This document shows, piece by piece, positions 60,935 to 62,857 of a stretch of 62,857 bases of DNA; position 1 is the first letter of the stretch; each line of letters begins with the position of its first letter. The stretch is from a virus. The DNA is taken from IMG/VR virus record IMGVR_UViG_3300006052_000004, positions 1 to 62,857 of that record, one strand, 5' to 3'. Position numbers and translations under genes: made by a program. The notes under the pieces were generated by a model. The model was not told the DNA's origin, made no database searches, and saw only the letters and a list, made by a program, of their open reading frames with translations.

Positions 60935-62527
60935 ATGTCAGGTGTTGACCTGGCATCTACTGCGGCTACGGCTGTCCAGACACCACCACGCCGCCAGTCT
61001 GAACCGAATGTGTGGAACCCATATACCGTCGCAGGTCCTGCCGGCGTTTTACCACGTCGAGGTCGCGACCCGATAGAGTTCATGACCAGTGAGCAGTTGC
61101 GCGAACTCACTGTCCTGAACCCTTTTCGGTTGGTTCGCGAACTCGCGCGTCTGCACCCGTCAGTCGATATGGCCCTAGACACTGCCCTCCGACTGATGTG
61201 TCCCACTGAAAACTATCAGGTAGTTGCAGAGGCCCCTGACTCTGCAACCGGTGGCGTGAGTGCGGACGCAGAGGAGGCCGATACCGATACGGATGGTACG
61301 GCCTCCCTTGCGGCGATGTTTGCACAGCTTCCTCCAGAGGTCGGCGGCGGCCTCCGTGGTCTGCGGACCATCCTCGCACTAGAGGCAATCATGACCGGTA
61401 TGCCCATCGCAGAGGCATGTCCCGGTCAGCCATTGGAAGGCGTCAAGCGCATCTGGCCAATGGACTCACTAACTTGCGGGTTCTGGCGTCCTACCCGAGA
61501 TGCAGACCTGGTCCTTCGGCAGAGACTTAAGTATCCGCAACAGGCCCCGCCGGACGCCTCGGGCGGCACGGCGTTCCACAAGACCGGCGGGAACTGGGCG
61601 TGGCAGGACATGCCAGCAGCCACCGTCTTCTGGCGCGCGGTCGGCCAAGAGGCGGACGATCCATATGGTCGCGCACCATATGCCGCAGCAATGATGGAAG
61701 TGATAGCAGACCTTGCTTTGATGCAAGACCTTCGTGATGCTGTGCATAATGCCGCATGGCCACGTCATGAGATAGGTGTTAACCTAACCGAGCTGCATAA
61801 AACTGCTGTTGAAGTATATCGCATCACAGACGCCAAGCGCGCCTCAGAATGGGTGACAGCAAGATTTCAGGAGGTCGTAGACTATGTCGCTTCTCTCCGC
61901 CCAGATGACAATGTTGTACACGACTCGGCAGGCACAGTCAAGATGCTACAGCCCGGGTCGTTCGTTGGTGTTGAAGGAGTCCTGTCTTTTCTGCGTCAAC
62001 GCATCGCCCAGTCTCTCAAGACTCTGCCCACATTGTTGGGCATCAATGATGGAAGTACATTCAACTACACTTCTGTTGAATGGGCAGTATATGCTCAAGG
62101 ACTCGAAACGCTCAGTGCTGTTGTCGATGAGATCATCATTGAGATTGCTAACCTCCACCTGCGACTCATCGGCTCAAAATCGAAAGCGAAAGTCATCAAA
62201 GCGAAAATCCGCACGAACGATGCGCAAGTAGACGCCAATACCGAGTCGACGAAGATAACGAACGCGACCAATAAAGAGAAGTTGGGATACCTGACTCATG
62301 ACCAGGCCGCGATGTCGATTACCGGCCGTAAGGCCGCCTCTGAAGCACAGCCTGGAGTCATAGAGCCTCTACCCGAGCCAGAACCGGGGGCCGGGAATTC
62401 CACGGCCAGCACGATACGTGGTACACGAAAACAAGGGCAGCCCGGACCGAAGAAGCTACCCCAAAATCCTAACAGTGGTGGCACCACAAAGGAAGATCGC
62501 GATGCCGAAAAATCCAGACCAAAGTGA
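60935..62527 (+). CDS. Portal protein
   Basis: 530 aa between terL and the prohead protease. ATG at 60935 lies 14 nt after the terL stop. The call rests on position and size. Confidence 0.7.
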   Translation: MSGVDLASTAATAVQTPPRRQSEPNVWNPYTVAGPAGVLPRRGRDPIEFMTSEQLRELTVLNPFRLVRELARLHPSVDMALDTALRLMCPTENYQVVAEAPDSATGGVSADAEEADTDTDGTASLAAMFAQLPPEVGGGLRGLRTILALEAIMTGMPIAEACPGQPLEGVKRIWPMDSLTCGFWRPTRDADLVLRQRLKYPQQAPPDASGGTAFHKTGGNWAWQDMPAATVFWRAVGQEADDPYGRAPYAAAMMEVIADLALMQDLRDAVHNAAWPRHEIGVNLTELHKTAVEVYRITDAKRASEWVTARFQEVVDYVASLRPDDNVVHDSAGTVKMLQPGSFVGVEGVLSFLRQRIAQSLKTLPTLLGINDGSTFNYTSVEWAVYAQGLETLSAVVDEIIIEIANLHLRLIGSKSKAKVIKAKIRTNDAQVDANTESTKITNATNKEKLGYLTHDQAAMSITGRKAASEAQPGVIEPLPEPEPGAGNSTASTIRGTRKQGQPGPKKLPQNPNSGGTTKEDRDAEKSRPK

Positions 62528-62857
62528 CATCGAGGCGGCAAATGCTGACTCGGCCATTGAACCGTATACGGTCACCAACATCGAAGACGCATGGCTTGCG
62601 ATCACCGGTGGGCCTATCCGCATGTCGTTCATGCTCACACAGACGATCTGGTCGGTGTACGAGCCTTCGATGATGTACTTGCTCGACATGCTCGCTGAAC
62701 TGTCGCCACGTGACATGATGCTGCTATCACAGGATGCCGCGTCAAAGGCCGTAGAAGATAAACCATACAAGGTACATGATGGTGTCGCACATCTTGAGGT
62801 TACCGGTCTGATGACGAAGCGACCGACCTGCATGTCGGAGATGATGGGTGAAGGCAC
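62502..62857 (+). CDS. 5' part of the S49 prohead protease gene (continues at position 25 after removing the 24-nt overlap)
   Basis: ATG at 62502 is preceded by AAGGAAG. The frame is open to the window end (MPKNPDQSDIEAANADS...VAHLEVTGLMTKRPTCMSEMMGEG) and reads in frame into ORF 8..1231. Confidence 0.8.
   Translation, partial: MPKNPDQSDIEAANADSAIEPYTVTNIEDAWLAITGGPIRMSFMLTQTIWSVYEPSMMYLLDMLAELSPRDMMLLSQDAASKAVEDKPYKVHDGVAHLEVTGLMTKRPTCMSEMMGEG
62834..62857. repeat. 24-nt terminal overlap identical to positions 1-24 (circular closure of the assembly)
   Basis: GTCGGAGATGATGGGTGAAGGCAC is present at both ends. Confidence 0.95.

Noticed and set aside
62456-62857. 133-aa minus-strand ORF at the window end
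   Set aside because: It is antisense to the 5' part of the S49 protease gene, which reads across the circular junction.

Overview
The window is a complete, circularly closed tailed dsDNA phage genome. Its first and last 24 nt are identical, giving about 62,833 unique bp, and one gene reads across the junction. No tail sheath gene is seen, so the virion is probably siphovirus-type. No integrase or repressor is recognisable, so the phage is probably virulent.

Layout:
- A rightward late operon runs 58233 -> junction -> 22314. It encodes TerS, TerL, portal, an S49 prohead protease/scaffold, a lambda gpE-like major capsid protein, head-tail joining proteins, a tail tube protein, a G/GT-type chaperone with a -1 frameshift, and a 1563-aa tape measure. 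These are followed by an RcGTA g12-g15-like distal tail module (DUF2460, DUF2163/BR0599 hub, NlpC/P60, gpJ-like), fibres, and a holin-like protein plus GH25 endolysin.
- A leftward early/middle region runs 57504 -> 22387. It encodes SNF2 helicase, a Sak4-like ATPase, a DUF669-like SSB, a TOPRIM primase fused to an MCM-like helicase, DnaE-type Pol III alpha, a Cas4/RecB-like nuclease, three HNH endonucleases and many small ORFs.

Most notable observations:
1. A T4-like deoxypyrimidine modification module. A ThyA/dCMP-hydroxymethylase homolog carries Asp at the base-specificity position. It sits with a dCMP deaminase, a MazG-like pyrophosphohydrolase and a dATP/dGTP-diphosphohydrolase-like domain.
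2. A roughly 800-bp non-coding field packed with AGCGCT-based repeats, GAAGCAGCAGT iterons and A-tracts.
3. A late-operon leader with a -35-less promoter, very stable hairpins and an intrinsic terminator in front of terS. This looks like an antitermination switch.
4. Four perfect TTGACA-N17/18-TATAAT leftward promoters.
5. Two tRNA-like T-arm elements that do not fold into a canonical cloverleaf by hand.
6. Several paralog families and low-complexity proteins.

All function calls are motif recognition by eye. No searches were run.
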